From Oligoflexia bacterium (GTDB taxonomy: Bacteria; Bdellovibrionota; UBA1018): 64,000 bases of DNA. Positions within the stretch are counted from its first letter, which is position 1. Each line of letters opens with the position of its first letter. Positions 9,476-20,872 of this stretch are shown here, piece by piece. The stretch spans positions 480,001 to 544,000 of the forward strand of contig CAVWVI010000001.1 in the NCBI GenBank assembly GCA_963758495.1. Direction: 5' to 3'. The notes beneath the pieces are model-generated. The model saw only the letters and a program-made list of their open reading frames with translations, was not told the DNA's origin and did not search any database. A program made the translations under genes and the position numbers.

Positions 9476-12340
9476 ATGATGGATCTAGACGACTCAATTG
9501 ACCGACGCCGATTTATGGAAATCATGGGTGCATCTATGGCCCTTGCTGGTCTCACCGCCTGTAGTCGAATGCCTCTTGAGAAGATTGTTCCTTATGTGAT
9601 TCAACCTGAAGAAATTATTCCTGGCAAACCCCTATTTTTTGCGACTGCAACCACACTCAGAGGATATGCTACTGGAATTTTAGTAGAAAGTCATATGGGT
9701 CGGCCTACTAAAATCGAGGGAAATCCAGACCATCCCGCCAGTCTCGGAGCCACAGATTCAATTACCCAAGCTCAAATTCTTTCTCTCTATGACCCCGAAC
9801 GTTCCCAAACAGTCGTTCACGAAAAGAACCTTGATACCTGGGATGGATTTATTGCCGCTTTAAATAAAAAGAGATCAGACTGGCAAAAGAATTTTGGTAA
9901 TGGGCTTTATATTCTTTCTGAAACAGTCACTTCTCCTACTATGGGTAACCAATTACACCAATTACTAAAGAGTTTTCCTCAAGCACACTGGCATTCCTTC
10001 GAGCCCATTACTCGTGACAACGCAAGAAAGGCATCCCTCTTAGCCTTTGGAGAAGATCTGGAATTCATCTATGAATTTAAAAAAGCCGATATCATTTTAA
10101 GCCTTGATTCGGACTTTCTCTCCCACGTACCGGGGAGCACTCGCTATTCTCATGACTTCTCTGATCGCCGTAGAGTTCGTTCTGAAAATCTCAAAACGGA
10201 TCAGTTCAAGATGAATCGGCTTTACGTGATTGAAAGTACCCCCTCCATCACAGGGTCCATGGCAGATCATCGCTTGAACCGTAAAGCTTCTTCTATTGAA
10301 ATCTACGTTCTTGCGCTTGCGAAGATACTTGGAATCAATATCGATACTCCTTCCTTACCTCCAAAGGATTTAAATTGGCTTTCAGTAGTCGCCAAAGATC
10401 TCCAATCTCATCCAAACTCTAGTATTATTACGATAGGATTAGATCAAACACCTCGAGCTCAAGCTATTGTTCATGCCATTAATTTAAAATTGGGAAACAT
10501 AGGAAAAACAATCATTCCTATACCTCCTGTAGAATTTAGACCCGTGGACCAGCTGGCATCAGTTTGCCAACTTGTCACAGATATGAATGCGGGAAAAGTG
10601 GATACTCTCATTGTGCTTGGAGGTAACCCTGTTTACTACACTCCAATTGATCTTAATTTTTCTAAAAGTTTTTTAAAAGTACCTCTACGAATTCATCTAG
10701 GGCTTTATCAAGATGAGACGGCCACCCTTAGTCATTGGCACCTTCCAGAAACCCATAGCCTGGAGACTTGGAGCGATGCACGAGCGTTTGATGGAACTGT
10801 GACGATTATGCAACCGTTGATCGCGCCACTTTATCAATCCAAATCAGCACACTGGGTTTTAGCTTCCCTTATGGAAAACCTCACGTCATCAGATTATCAA
10901 ATAGTCCGTGATCACTGGGAACAGTTGTGGAAGGTAGACTTTGACCCAAAATGGGAGAAAGCATTACAACAAGGAATAGTAGAAAACACATCCTTTAGCC
11001 CTAAACAAGTCAAGTTGAATTCAGAAATACTTAAAAGCACCTATCATCCTTTAGAAAATAATCAGGTAGAAAATAATCAGGCAGAAAATGATCAGGGGTT
11101 AGAGATTATTTTTCGCTCTGATTCAACAATTTGGGATGGCAGATTTGCAAATAACAGCTGGCTTCAAGAGCTTTTCAAACCTCTTACTCAACTCAGCTGG
11201 GATAATGCAGCTTTCCTGAGCCCTCGTACAGCCCAACGACTCCATTTATCGACAGGAGACATTGTCTTACTTCGTTACTCAGGTCGGAATATTCACGCAC
11301 CCGTTTGGATTCTGGCAGGACACGCAGACGAATCTGTTACGCTACAGTTTGGATTTGGGCGGACCCAAGCTGGCAAAGTCGGCTCGAACATCGGTTACAA
11401 TGCTTACTTGCTTCAGACTTCTGATCATCCCTATTTCAATCCAGGTCTTGAAATTACTAAAACTGAAAAAACACATATTTTTACAAAAGAACAAGATCAA
11501 GATTCAATGAAGGACAGAGATATCATTCATAATGCAACGATTCAAGACTTCCAAAAGAATCAAAACCTATTTCACGAAAAACCACTCAAACCTCATTCTC
11601 TCTACCCCCAGTTTCCTTACACAGGTTACGCATGGGCTATGGTCATTGATACAAATACATGCACAGGTTGCAGTGCGTGTGTCATTGCTTGCCAAGCTGA
11701 AAATAATATCCCTTCTGTTGGAAAAGACCAAATTATCAAAAAAAGAAACATGTATTGGATCAGGGTAGATCGATATTACGTCGGAAAAAATGATAATCCA
11801 AAAACATTTTTTCAACCTATACCTTGTATGCACTGCGAAGACGCGCCGTGCGAAGTAGTTTGCCCGACCGCCGCCACCGTCCATGGAAGCGAAGGCCTTA
11901 ATGAAATGGTTTACAATCGATGTGTAGGAACTCGTTATTGTTCAAATAATTGTCCGTACAAGGTAAGACGATTCAATTTTTTTCAATATAGTGATTATAA
12001 AACTCCTAGTTTCAAGGCGATGAGAAATCCGGACGTAACAGTTCGAAGCCGCGGAGTTATGGAAAAATGTACATACTGTATTCAACGTATCGTTGAAAAA
12101 AGGATTCCTGCGGAGAATGAAAACCGCCGAATTCGGGATGGAGAAATTAAGACCGCCTGTCAACAGGTATGCCCTACTGAATCCATTATATTCGGAGATC
12201 TCAACACTCAAAAAAGTGTGCTCAATCAACTCAAATCTCAACCCCATAATTATGGACTTCTAGCTGAACTTGGGACACGACCTCGAACTACTTATCTTGC
12301 AAAATTCACTAATCCTAATCGTGAGCTTGAGATAATATGA
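9476..12340 (+). CDS. actB: Alternative complex III molybdopterin-oxidoreductase-like/4Fe-4S subunit
   Basis: Tat lipoprotein signal DRRRFM..LTAC, GRPTKIEGNPDHP, C-terminal CTGCSACVIAC, CMHC..C, CVGTRYCSNNCPY, EKCTYC. Confidence 0.95.
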   Translation: MMDLDDSIDRRRFMEIMGASMALAGLTACSRMPLEKIVPYVIQPEEIIPGKPLFFATATTLRGYATGILVESHMGRPTKIEGNPDHPASLGATDSITQAQILSLYDPERSQTVVHEKNLDTWDGFIAALNKKRSDWQKNFGNGLYILSETVTSPTMGNQLHQLLKSFPQAHWHSFEPITRDNARKASLLAFGEDLEFIYEFKKADIILSLDSDFLSHVPGSTRYSHDFSDRRRVRSENLKTDQFKMNRLYVIESTPSITGSMADHRLNRKASSIEIYVLALAKILGINIDTPSLPPKDLNWLSVVAKDLQSHPNSSIITIGLDQTPRAQAIVHAINLKLGNIGKTIIPIPPVEFRPVDQLASVCQLVTDMNAGKVDTLIVLGGNPVYYTPIDLNFSKSFLKVPLRIHLGLYQDETATLSHWHLPETHSLETWSDARAFDGTVTIMQPLIAPLYQSKSAHWVLASLMENLTSSDYQIVRDHWEQLWKVDFDPKWEKALQQGIVENTSFSPKQVKLNSEILKSTYHPLENNQVENNQAENDQGLEIIFRSDSTIWDGRFANNSWLQELFKPLTQLSWDNAAFLSPRTAQRLHLSTGDIVLLRYSGRNIHAPVWILAGHADESVTLQFGFGRTQAGKVGSNIGYNAYLLQTSDHPYFNPGLEITKTEKTHIFTKEQDQDSMKDRDIIHNATIQDFQKNQNLFHEKPLKPHSLYPQFPYTGYAWAMVIDTNTCTGCSACVIACQAENNIPSVGKDQIIKKRNMYWIRVDRYYVGKNDNPKTFFQPIPCMHCEDAPCEVVCPTAATVHGSEGLNEMVYNRCVGTRYCSNNCPYKVRRFNFFQYSDYKTPSFKAMRNPDVTVRSRGVMEKCTYCIQRIVEKRIPAENENRRIRDGEIKTACQQVCPTESIIFGDLNTQKSVLNQLKSQPHNYGLLAELGTRPRTTYLAKFTNPNRELEII
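11053..11097 (+). repeat. In-frame 15-bp tandem repeat x3 in actB
   Basis: AGAAAATAATCAGGT/AGAAAATAATCAGGC/AGAAAATGATCAGGG, encoding ENNQV ENNQA ENDQG. Confidence 0.85.
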
Positions 12341-13704
12341 TCTCTAAAACTTCTAAAAACAATAATGAAACACTATCGGTTATTGCTCCAGGATATACCT
12401 ATCAAAGTGTCACTAGAAAAATTTCAGACCTTGTTCTTGCCCGAGATTATCACTGGCGATGGTACTTGGGATTTGGAATTGGCTTTTTTCTTGTCACAAT
12501 ACTCTTAGTCGCGATTACATATTTACTGGCAGTCGGAATTGGAATTTGGGGAGTTAATATCCCTGTAGCTTGGGGATATGCCATTACAAATTTTGTATGG
12601 TGGATCGGAATTGGTCATGCAGGAACCTTCATTTCAGCATTCTTACTCTTGATGCGCCAAGACTGGAGAACCTCTATTAATCGCTTTGCAGAAGCGATGA
12701 CTCTGTTTGCAGTAGCTTGCGCAGGTCTATTTCCCTTATTGCACTTAGGGCGGCCTTGGTTTTTCTATTGGCTTCTCCCTTATCCTGATACTATGGATCT
12801 TTGGCCACAGTTCCGAAGTCCATTGGTGTGGGATGTTTTTGCAGTGAGCACTTACCTTACAGTATCACTTGTTTTTTGGTACACGGGACTCATTCCCGAT
12901 CTTGCCAGTATGCGGGAAAGAGCAAAACGACCTTGGGTAAAAAAACTTTATGCCACACTTTCTCTAGGATGGAGGGGGTCCGCCATACATTGGCGACGCT
13001 ATACTTCAGTCTATTTGCTTATGGCAGGTTTGGCAACTCCCCTTGTACTATCCGTTCACAGTGTAGTGAGTTTTGACTTTACGATTTCAATTGTACCAGG
13101 TTGGCACTCCACTATTTTCCCTCCTTACTTTGTAGCTGGAGCCATTTTTTCAGGCTTTGCAATGGTTTTAACAATTGCGATTCCACTCAGAAAATATTTT
13201 AAATTAAAAGACTTTATTACGCTTAAACACTTAGATAATTGTGCACAACTCACTTTAGTCACAGGCTTGATCGTAACCTATTCCTATATTCAAGAAGCAT
13301 TCATGGCGTGGTATAGTGGAAATTTGTATGAAAGATATTCTTTATTAGATCGAGCAACCGGACATTACGATGTCCTTTACTGGATCCTAATCGTATGTAA
13401 TGTATTCATCCCTCAGTTTCTTTGGTTCAAACGAATTCGAATAAATCCTACATTACTCTTTATCATTTCACTATTTATTAATTTAGGAATGTGGTCAGAA
13501 CGTTTTGTGATTGTAGTTCAAAGTCTGAGTCGAGATTACTTACCCTCCGACTGGCATAACTATTCTCCAACCATTTGGGATTGGTTAACCCTCCTGGGTT
13601 CAGTAGGCTTTTTCATTTTCTCTTTTTTGCTTTTTATTCGGATTTTACCCGTAATTGCTATCTCTGAACTGCGCGAACTTCTACATCGAAAGGAGCATGA
13701 GTAA
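12337..13704 (+). CDS. actC: Alternative complex III NrfD-family quinol-binding subunit
   Basis: NFVWWIGIGHAGT, WRTSINRFAEAMT, HLGRPW, SPLVWDVFAV. Confidence 0.96.
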   Translation: MISKTSKNNNETLSVIAPGYTYQSVTRKISDLVLARDYHWRWYLGFGIGFFLVTILLVAITYLLAVGIGIWGVNIPVAWGYAITNFVWWIGIGHAGTFISAFLLLMRQDWRTSINRFAEAMTLFAVACAGLFPLLHLGRPWFFYWLLPYPDTMDLWPQFRSPLVWDVFAVSTYLTVSLVFWYTGLIPDLASMRERAKRPWVKKLYATLSLGWRGSAIHWRRYTSVYLLMAGLATPLVLSVHSVVSFDFTISIVPGWHSTIFPPYFVAGAIFSGFAMVLTIAIPLRKYFKLKDFITLKHLDNCAQLTLVTGLIVTYSYIQEAFMAWYSGNLYERYSLLDRATGHYDVLYWILIVCNVFIPQFLWFKRIRINPTLLFIISLFINLGMWSERFVIVVQSLSRDYLPSDWHNYSPTIWDWLTLLGSVGFFIFSFLLFIRILPVIAISELRELLHRKEHE

Positions 13705-13706
13705 CC

Positions 13707-14294
13707 ATGAGCACTCAGCCCCAAACAAAACCTCAATACACTCTCATAACTCAATCACCCCTTCCTCCCTCCCTTTATGGTCTCATGGCTGTTTTCAATG
13801 AGCCCGAAGCCTTACTCAAAGCTGCACAGAGCGCTTACGATGCGGGATATCGCAAACTCCAAGCTTATACTCCATTCCCCGTAAATGGCCTCTCAGAAGC
13901 AATTGGCTTCACTCACGATAGGATGTCCATGATTACTTTAATTGGAGGTCTTTTCGGCTGCAGTGGTGGGTTTTATATGCAATATTTTGCAAATGTCGTG
14001 AGCTATCCATTAAATATAGGGGGAAGGCCATACAATAGTTGGCCCGCATTTATTCCAGTTACCTTCGAACTGACTATTCTTTGCGCCGCACTTTCAGCTC
14101 TTTTTGGAATGCTTATTTTAAACAAACTCCCTCAACTCTACCATCCAGTATTTAATGTGCCAGAATTCAAGCGAGCTGCTGAGGATGGGTTTTTTCTTTG
14201 TATTCAATGTCTGGATCCCCAATTTAAGTATCAAGAAACTCATAATTTTCTAAAGTCCCTCATTCCTCAGGAAGTCTATGAGGTAGAGTTATGA
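13707..14294 (+). CDS. actD: Alternative complex III subunit (DUF3341)
   Basis: YTPFPV, NIGGRP, PAFIPVTFELTIL; position in the operon. Confidence 0.93.
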   Translation: MSTQPQTKPQYTLITQSPLPPSLYGLMAVFNEPEALLKAAQSAYDAGYRKLQAYTPFPVNGLSEAIGFTHDRMSMITLIGGLFGCSGGFYMQYFANVVSYPLNIGGRPYNSWPAFIPVTFELTILCAALSALFGMLILNKLPQLYHPVFNVPEFKRAAEDGFFLCIQCLDPQFKYQETHNFLKSLIPQEVYEVEL

Positions 14295-14860
14295 AAGAAC
14301 TGTTATGGGTCTCATTCATAATTCCATTAGCGATGGGATGTCAGCAAAAAATGACTCAACAACCCAAGTACCTTCCCTATGACCCAAGTGACTTTTTCGC
14401 AAACGGAATGTCATCTCGTCCCATCATTCCTGGAACCATAGCACGTGGACAACCACGAACAGATCTCCCTTTTTATACTGGAAAAGTAAACGGAGTGTCT
14501 ATAACTACCTTGCCGATACCCTTGACAGCCGAACTATTAAAGCGAGGACAACAACGATTTAATATTTACTGTTCCCCCTGTCACGGAGAATCCGGAAACG
14601 GCCAAGGAATGATAGTAGCTCGAGGCTTTACCGCACCTCCTTCTTATCATACCGAGGAATTAAGAAAAGCTCCTATAGGTCACTTTTTCGATGTAATCAC
14701 CCGAGGATACGGAGTGATGTACAGCTACGCTTCACGCATTCCAATCAAAGATCGATGGGCAATATCCGCTTATATTCGAGCGCTTCAGCTCAGTCAAAAT
14801 GCAAAGCTGGAGAATCTTTCACATCAAGATCAAATGAAACTGGAGAACATAAAAAGATGA
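14291..14860 (+). CDS. actE: Alternative complex III monoheme cytochrome c lipoprotein
   Basis: Lipobox LAMGC, CSPCH, DRWAISAYIRALQ. Confidence 0.93.
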   Translation: MKELLWVSFIIPLAMGCQQKMTQQPKYLPYDPSDFFANGMSSRPIIPGTIARGQPRTDLPFYTGKVNGVSITTLPIPLTAELLKRGQQRFNIYCSPCHGESGNGQGMIVARGFTAPPSYHTEELRKAPIGHFFDVITRGYGVMYSYASRIPIKDRWAISAYIRALQLSQNAKLENLSHQDQMKLENIKR

Positions 14861-15966
14861 ATCAAGACCCAAGCCTATTGAAATCTTTAAAGCACGTTCT
14901 CATATCCATTTACAAAATGAGTGCCGTTATCGCAATCATCACATTCATCGCACTTACATTTGGATATAGATACAATCCCACTCAATTCTTTCGCTCCTAT
15001 CTCTGTGGATACCTATTTTGGATTGAAATATCCCTCGGTTGTTTTGGATTACTATTAGTATCCCACCTTACGGGTGGCTTATGGGGCGTTTCTGTAAGAC
15101 GATTTTTTGAAGCGGGGAAAAGCACGCTTTGGCTCATGGCAGTACTTTTTATTCCCATTTTATTTGGATTAAAATCGATCTATTTATGGTCACGCCCGGA
15201 TGAACTTGCTCACAATGAACTCTTGCAACATCAATCCATTTATTTAAATCAGTCCTTCTTTATTTTAAGAGCTGTACTTTATTTCATCGTTTGGATTGGT
15301 TTTAGCTATTGGACAAGACTGAGTGCCTTGGGTTTGATTCTCTATTGTTTCACTGCATCTTTTGCATCCTATGATTGGATCATGTCTCTTCAACATGACT
15401 GGTATTCCACCATATTTGGAATGATCTTCTTCGTCAGCCATGGATTGGGTGCTCTTTCTTTTATTATTCTATTTTTAGCAATTATTTCTAAATACGATGC
15501 TATTTCTAACTTTTTCACACCTGAATGTTTAAATGATTTAGGCAATGTTTTAATGGTATTTGTGATGCTTTGGGCATATCTCAACCTTTCTCAATACCTC
15601 ATTATCTGGGAAGGAAATAAACCAGAGGAAGTTGACTGGTATTTTCGCAGGAGCCAAGGAGGGTGGCAATGGCTTGCGTACAGTTTGGCTTTATTTCAAT
15701 TTGCATTCCCTTTCTTTCTTCTCCTTTTTCGTCAAACAAAACGTCAACTTTTTACGCTAAGTGGGATTGCAGGACTTACTTTTCTGATTCGTATTATTGA
15801 CGTTTATTGGTCAATCATTCCCAGTTTTGAAGAAAGCCTTCGACTTAATTGGATGGATATTTTAGCCCCTATTTGTATTGGAGGAATTTGGATCAGTTTT
15901 TTTACCTGGTATCTCAGTAAAATGAAATCCCCCATTATACCCGTGCTTCAAAAGGAAAAAGCATGA
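14857..15966 (+). CDS. actF: Alternative complex III membrane subunit
   Basis: DWIMSL..WYSTIFG, SQYLIIW.GN.PEE; ATG 14857 overlaps the actE stop. Confidence 0.92.
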   Translation: MNQDPSLLKSLKHVLISIYKMSAVIAIITFIALTFGYRYNPTQFFRSYLCGYLFWIEISLGCFGLLLVSHLTGGLWGVSVRRFFEAGKSTLWLMAVLFIPILFGLKSIYLWSRPDELAHNELLQHQSIYLNQSFFILRAVLYFIVWIGFSYWTRLSALGLILYCFTASFASYDWIMSLQHDWYSTIFGMIFFVSHGLGALSFIILFLAIISKYDAISNFFTPECLNDLGNVLMVFVMLWAYLNLSQYLIIWEGNKPEEVDWYFRRSQGGWQWLAYSLALFQFAFPFFLLLFRQTKRQLFTLSGIAGLTFLIRIIDVYWSIIPSFEESLRLNWMDILAPICIGGIWISFFTWYLSKMKSPIIPVLQKEKA

Positions 15967-16364
15967 AAAAAAAACCTACTCAATTAAAACGAAATCCTTT
16001 TCAGGAATCCATCTCTCAAGGATATGAATCCAGTGACGTCAGCATCTCTGCGATAAAAAAATGGGCCATCGGTCTTTTCTTAATGGTCATTGGAGTGCAA
16101 CTCACTCTGCTCTATTGGTATGATGTCTTGAATGAAAAACAGCGCGTCACCCAGAGTAAAAGTATTATTTGGAGTGGTCAACCCGTACCTCCAGTTGAAA
16201 TCGCTGCACTAGAGATTGAATCAGGGAAAGAACGCGAAAGAATTCATACTCAGGAAGTTCACCAACTCACCTCTTACGGCTGGATTAACTTAAAAGAAAA
16301 AATAGCTCACATCCCCATTCAACGGGCCATGGCACTCCTTCTTCAAAATGGGAGTGGAAAATGA
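15963..16364 (+). CDS. Small single-TM protein, ActG-like
   Basis: GYESSDV, one TM, LTSYGW..IPIQRAM; sits between actF and SCO. Confidence 0.7.
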   Translation: MKKKPTQLKRNPFQESISQGYESSDVSISAIKKWAIGLFLMVIGVQLTLLYWYDVLNEKQRVTQSKSIIWSGQPVPPVEIAALEIESGKERERIHTQEVHQLTSYGWINLKEKIAHIPIQRAMALLLQNGSGK

Positions 16365-17236
16365 ATTTAAAACTCAATGCCCAGGTGCTCAATTTAGCTG
16401 CGGCCTATCCTCTGTGGCCCAGACACTTACTAAAATTATTATGCTGTATTTCTTTTACTTTTTGTTCTCTAGTCAATGCAAGCTCGCTCCTATCTGAGAA
16501 TTTGAACAATATTGGTATCGATCAAAATCTCAACTCACAAATACCACTCAGTCTCTCTTTCCATGACGATCAGAAGCGGGTGGTTTCCATTCAAAAGCTA
16601 GTTTATCCAAAGCCCACTATTTTAGTCCTCACTTACTTTGGGTGTCCAAGTCTTTGTACTTTAGTTCTCAACAACTTAGTGGAGACCTTAGAAGAAATGA
16701 AAGGATTTGATTTAGGTCAAGACTATAACATTTTAACGGTAAGCATTGATCCCAGTGAAACTTCAGCTCTTGCTTCTAAAAAAAGAAATACTTATTTGCA
16801 ACGATACGGACACAGAGGAAACCCAGAGGGTTGGCGCTTTTTAACCGGAAACAAAAAGACCATTGATGCTTTAGCGAAAGTGGTAGGTTTCAAATACAAA
16901 TATGATCCAGCCACCCGCCAATTTGCTCATGCCAGTGGCATCATGATTCTGACTCCTCAGGGGATAATTTCCCGTTATTTTCTTGGAATCGGCTACTCTC
17001 CTCAAGATCTTCGTCTCTCACTCATTGAGGCATCCTCTGGAAAAGTTGGCTCTCTTGTCGATAAAATTGCATTACTCTGTTACGAATATAATCCCATTAC
17101 AGGAAAATATGGTGTTTCCATTACCCGCCTACTCAAGTTATTTAGTATTATTACCGTCCTCTTTTTACTGATTCTCATTTTTCAACAGAACTGGTGGCCC
17201 ATGCAATGGAAACCTCAGGAGAAGAAAGCGCTATGA
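16361..17236 (+). CDS. SCO1/SenC copper chaperone
   Basis: CPSLC motif, FAHASG, C-terminal TM. Confidence 0.93.
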   Translation: MNLKLNAQVLNLAAAYPLWPRHLLKLLCCISFTFCSLVNASSLLSENLNNIGIDQNLNSQIPLSLSFHDDQKRVVSIQKLVYPKPTILVLTYFGCPSLCTLVLNNLVETLEEMKGFDLGQDYNILTVSIDPSETSALASKKRNTYLQRYGHRGNPEGWRFLTGNKKTIDALAKVVGFKYKYDPATRQFAHASGIMILTPQGIISRYFLGIGYSPQDLRLSLIEASSGKVGSLVDKIALLCYEYNPITGKYGVSITRLLKLFSIITVLFLLILIFQQNWWPMQWKPQEKKAL

Positions 17237-18240
17237 ATGCTGACTTCCCTTTATTTCCGATCCGAGCATCCACCATTGCGGCAAGTGTTGACACCCTCTT
17301 TCTGAGTATGTTTGGATTAGAAGTTTTCATATTAATTTTAATTTTTTGCGCTATTCTTTACTTTTGCATTAAATATCATTTCCATACTGTCACCGATCGG
17401 AGTCGGAGAAACTTCAGCCAAAGTTCCATTGAAATTACTTGGACTTTAGTTCCACTCGTGCTGCTTATTATTTTATTTTTCTGGTCTGGCCGTATTTATT
17501 TAAAAATGTACACTCCGCCAAAAAATTCTATGGAAATATTCGTACTGGGTAAACAGTGGATGTGGAAATTCTTGCAACCTAATGGACGGCGAGAAGCGGC
17601 TGAATTACATGTCCCGTTGGGTATACCTATTAAATTAACAATGACTTCGGAAGATGTCATTCACAGTCTTTTTGTTCCGGCTTTTCGGATTAAACAAGAC
17701 GTTCTTCCAGGACGATACACTTCGGTCTGGTTTCAAGCCAGCGTTGCAGGAGAATACCATCTCTTTTGTACGCAATACTGCGGCACCCAACACGCAGAAA
17801 TGGGCGCAGCCAAAATTATTGTTATGAAACCTGAAAAATACGAACAGTGGCTCAGCTCAGGGGACACTGCAGGCAACAGCTTCTCAAAAGTAGTATCACT
17901 GACTTCGGAAGGACGAGATCTATTCCAAAAATTAAGCTGTAATACCTGTCATTTTGATAATGTTGGAATCCGCGCACCTCGATTGGAAGGTCTCTACGGA
18001 AGCATCGTCACTCTAGAGGGAGGTAAAAACATCATTGCTGACGATACCTACATTCGTGAATCTATTCTTGAGCCTAATGTAAAAATTGTCCAGGGATTTC
18101 TACCCGTCATGCCCAGCTATAAAAACCTTGTGAATGAAGAACAACTTCTTGCGCTGACTGCTTATATTAAATCCATGCAATTCAGTGAAGGCCATAGTCG
18201 AAAGCTTCTTCTAGGAATACCGGCAAAGGAGTCACCATGA
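17233..18240 (+). CDS. coxB: Cytochrome c oxidase subunit II with fused cytochrome c (caa3 type)
   Basis: CuA ligands DVIHS and [13 protein letters not shown]-terminal CNTCH; start moved to ATG 17233. Confidence 0.96.
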   Translation: MNADFPLFPIRASTIAASVDTLFLSMFGLEVFILILIFCAILYFCIKYHFHTVTDRSRRNFSQSSIEITWTLVPLVLLIILFFWSGRIYLKMYTPPKNSMEIFVLGKQWMWKFLQPNGRREAAELHVPLGIPIKLTMTSEDVIHSLFVPAFRIKQDVLPGRYTSVWFQASVAGEYHLFCTQYCGTQHAEMGAAKIIVMKPEKYEQWLSSGDTAGNSFSKVVSLTSEGRDLFQKLSCNTCHFDNVGIRAPRLEGLYGSIVTLEGGKNIIADDTYIRESILEPNVKIVQGFLPVMPSYKNLVNEEQLLALTAYIKSMQFSEGHSRKLLLGIPAKESP

Positions 18241-19829
18241 ATTATCTCAATGCTGATCGTGGTATCATGTCTTGGCTACTCACAGTAGATCATAAGCGCA
18301 TTGGGATTCTCTATTTACTGAGCATTACGGGTTTCTTTGCTATAGGTGGAATCGCAGCTACTCTGATACGTCTCCATCTTCTTACGCCAACGGGGACTCT
18401 CTTTCAGGCCGAAACATATAATAAACTATTTAGTATTCATGGCATCACCATGGTCTGGTTTTTCTTGATTCCTTCTATTCCGAACGTCCTTGGAAATTTT
18501 CTAGTACCCATGATGATTGGAGCACGTGATGTAGCCTTTCCTCGTCTCAATTTGGCAAGCTGGTATCTCTATATGACCGGTGGATTTCTTGTCCTGCTAT
18601 CTATTATTACGGGAGGGGTTGACACGGGTTGGACTTTTTATACGCCCTATAGCACGTTGTATTCTAATTCCCATGTCATTTTAGCAATTTTCGGCGTATT
18701 TATCGCAGGATTCTCATCTATTCTAACCGGACTTAACTTTATTATCACTATAAATAAAATGAGAGCACCAGGTTTGACTTGGTTTCGTCTCCCTCTTTTT
18801 ATCTGGTCTATGTATGCCACGAGTATTATTTTAATTCTAGCCACGCCAGTTCTTGCCATCAATATCCTACTCATTACAGTAGAGAGGATATTTAAAATTG
18901 GAATATTTGACCCTGCATTAGGAGGAGATCCCGTACTTTTTCAGCATCTCTTCTGGTTTTATTCCCACCCAGCTGTTTACATCATGATTCTTCCTGGAAT
19001 GGGAGTAATTAGCGAACTTGTCCCTTGCTTTTCAAGAAATGAAATATTTGGTTATAAGTTTATTGCCTATTCGAGCTTCGGAATTGCTATTTTAGGCTTT
19101 TTAGTTTGGGGCCATCATATGTTTGTTGCCGGGCAATCTGCCTATGCAAGCCTCATATTTTCAATTCTAAGTTTCTTAGTCGCTATTCCTTCTGCAATCA
19201 AAGTATTTAATTGGACTGCTACACTTTATCGAGGAAGAATTATTCTCAAAACTCCGATGATTTATGCTTTAGGATTTGTCGGTTTGTTTACAATCGGAGG
19301 ACTCACAGGACTGACTCTCGCCGCTCTTGCAATTGACGTACATGTCCATGACACTTATTTTGTTATTGCCCATTTTCATTATATTATGGTGGGTGGAATG
19401 GTCACCGCCTATTTAGGAGGTATCCATTATTGGTGGCCAAAAATTTCCGGCAGAATGTATCCTGAAGGATTGGGGAAATTTGCAGCACTGGTTCTTTTTC
19501 TTGGCTTCAATCTCACTTTTTTTCCTCAATTTGTTTTGGGATATCTAGGAATGCCGCGTCGCTACCATTCTTATCCTCCTGAGTTTCAAGTTCTTCACGT
19601 TATGTCCACCTTGGGAGCTTCAATCCTAGCTGTAGGATATGTCTTGCCCATATTTTATCTTCTTTGGTCACTTAAGTATGGAAAAATCGCCTCAGGCAAT
19701 CCGTGGGACGCTACTGGTGTAGAATGGCAAACCTCATCACCCCCACCCAAACATAACTTTATCGAGATCCCAATCATCACTCATGGCCCCTATCTTTACT
19801 CTTCCTCTGAGGAGGTCCCTTATGATTGA
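18237..19829 (+). CDS. coxA: Cytochrome c oxidase subunit I (type A2)
   Basis: [40 protein letters not shown]. Confidence 0.98.
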   Translation: MNYLNADRGIMSWLLTVDHKRIGILYLLSITGFFAIGGIAATLIRLHLLTPTGTLFQAETYNKLFSIHGITMVWFFLIPSIPNVLGNFLVPMMIGARDVAFPRLNLASWYLYMTGGFLVLLSIITGGVDTGWTFYTPYSTLYSNSHVILAIFGVFIAGFSSILTGLNFIITINKMRAPGLTWFRLPLFIWSMYATSIILILATPVLAINILLITVERIFKIGIFDPALGGDPVLFQHLFWFYSHPAVYIMILPGMGVISELVPCFSRNEIFGYKFIAYSSFGIAILGFLVWGHHMFVAGQSAYASLIFSILSFLVAIPSAIKVFNWTATLYRGRIILKTPMIYALGFVGLFTIGGLTGLTLAALAIDVHVHDTYFVIAHFHYIMVGGMVTAYLGGIHYWWPKISGRMYPEGLGKFAALVLFLGFNLTFFPQFVLGYLGMPRRYHSYPPEFQVLHVMSTLGASILAVGYVLPIFYLLWSLKYGKIASGNPWDATGVEWQTSSPPPKHNFIEIPIITHGPYLYSSSEEVPYD

Positions 19830-20502
19830 CTTCGAAAGTACTCAAATTGCCAAGCCTTTTGAAAAGATTCATGTCGCGGAGCAGTTTGAAAATGCTGAGC
19901 AACAGAAATCTGTGGCTCAAATAGGCATGTGGACTTTCCTCTCAACAGAAGTTCTCTTTTTTGGCGGGCTTTTTGCGGTGTATATTATATACAGAGTCAT
20001 CTATCCTGAGGCTTTTGCAGAAGCGAGCCGTCATACCAAGCTCATCATTGGGGCAATTAATACAGCAGTCCTTCTCTCCAGTAGTCTCACTATGGCACTA
20101 GCCGTACACTACTCAAAGCTCGGCAAAAAACACCCTCTCGTGGTGTACTTAGTCTGTACCGCACTTTTTGGTGTTGTATTTATGGGGCTTAAGGGAATTG
20201 AATATTATCAAGATTATCAAGATCACGCTGTACCCTATTTCAATTATGCTCTTAAAATAGCCGATCCTGCGAGAGGAGAATTATTCTTTATTATCTATTT
20301 TGTCATGACCTTGATTCACGCTCTGCATCTCACAATTGGAATTGGACTTATCAGTTTTATAGCATTCCAAGCTTTGAAAAATAAATACTCGCCGAGTTAT
20401 CACACGCCGGTTGAGCTTACTGGGCTATATTGGCACTTTGTCGACATCATTTGGGTCTTTCTTTTTCCCCTACTCTATCTGATTGACAGGAGTCCATCAT
20501 GA
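19822..20502 (+). CDS. coxC: Cytochrome c oxidase subunit III
   Basis: [28 protein letters not shown]; start ATG 19822 after GGAGG. Confidence 0.95.
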   Translation: MIDFESTQIAKPFEKIHVAEQFENAEQQKSVAQIGMWTFLSTEVLFFGGLFAVYIIYRVIYPEAFAEASRHTKLIIGAINTAVLLSSSLTMALAVHYSKLGKKHPLVVYLVCTALFGVVFMGLKGIEYYQDYQDHAVPYFNYALKIADPARGELFFIIYFVMTLIHALHLTIGIGLISFIAFQALKNKYSPSYHTPVELTGLYWHFVDIIWVFLFPLLYLIDRSPS

Positions 20503-20798
20503 AGGAACCCAAATTTGGAGTCAAAACTTTATTGGGAACTTACGTCCTATTAATGTTTTTATTGGTACTGACCATTGCAGTAGCCTTCATAAACCTGGGC
20601 CCATTCAATACTCCGATTAATATAGGAATTGCAGTTGTAAAAACAGTTTTTATTGCGCTCTTTTTTATGGAGTTGCTCATCGCTCGGGGCCTAGTGCGTA
20701 TCGCAGCCGGGGCAGGAGTCTACTGGCTAGCTATACTGATTGGGCTGAGTTTGATGGATTATCTAACTCGAAATTGGGCTTCTTTACCGGGTAAGTGA
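20499..20798 (+). CDS. coxD: Cytochrome c oxidase subunit IV
   Basis: Three TM segments, IAVVKTVFIALFFMEL; last gene of the operon. Confidence 0.85.
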   Translation: MKEPKFGVKTLLGTYVLLMFLLVLTIAVAFINLGPFNTPINIGIAVVKTVFIALFFMELLIARGLVRIAAGAGVYWLAILIGLSLMDYLTRNWASLPGK

Positions 20799-20802
20799 CT
20801 CA

Positions 20803-20872
20803 TCTGGCATTAACTCTCTGGTATTAACTCTCTGGTATTAACTCTCTGGCATTAACCCTCTGGTATTAACTC
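20803..20872. repeat. 14-bp tandem repeat x5 overlapping the argH stop
   Basis: TCTGG(C/T)ATTAAC(T/C)C units at 20803, 20817, 20831, 20845, 20859. Confidence 0.95.

Noticed and set aside
20803..20872. Possible CRISPR array
   Set aside because: Units are 14 bp, contiguous and spacer-less, and no cas genes are present.
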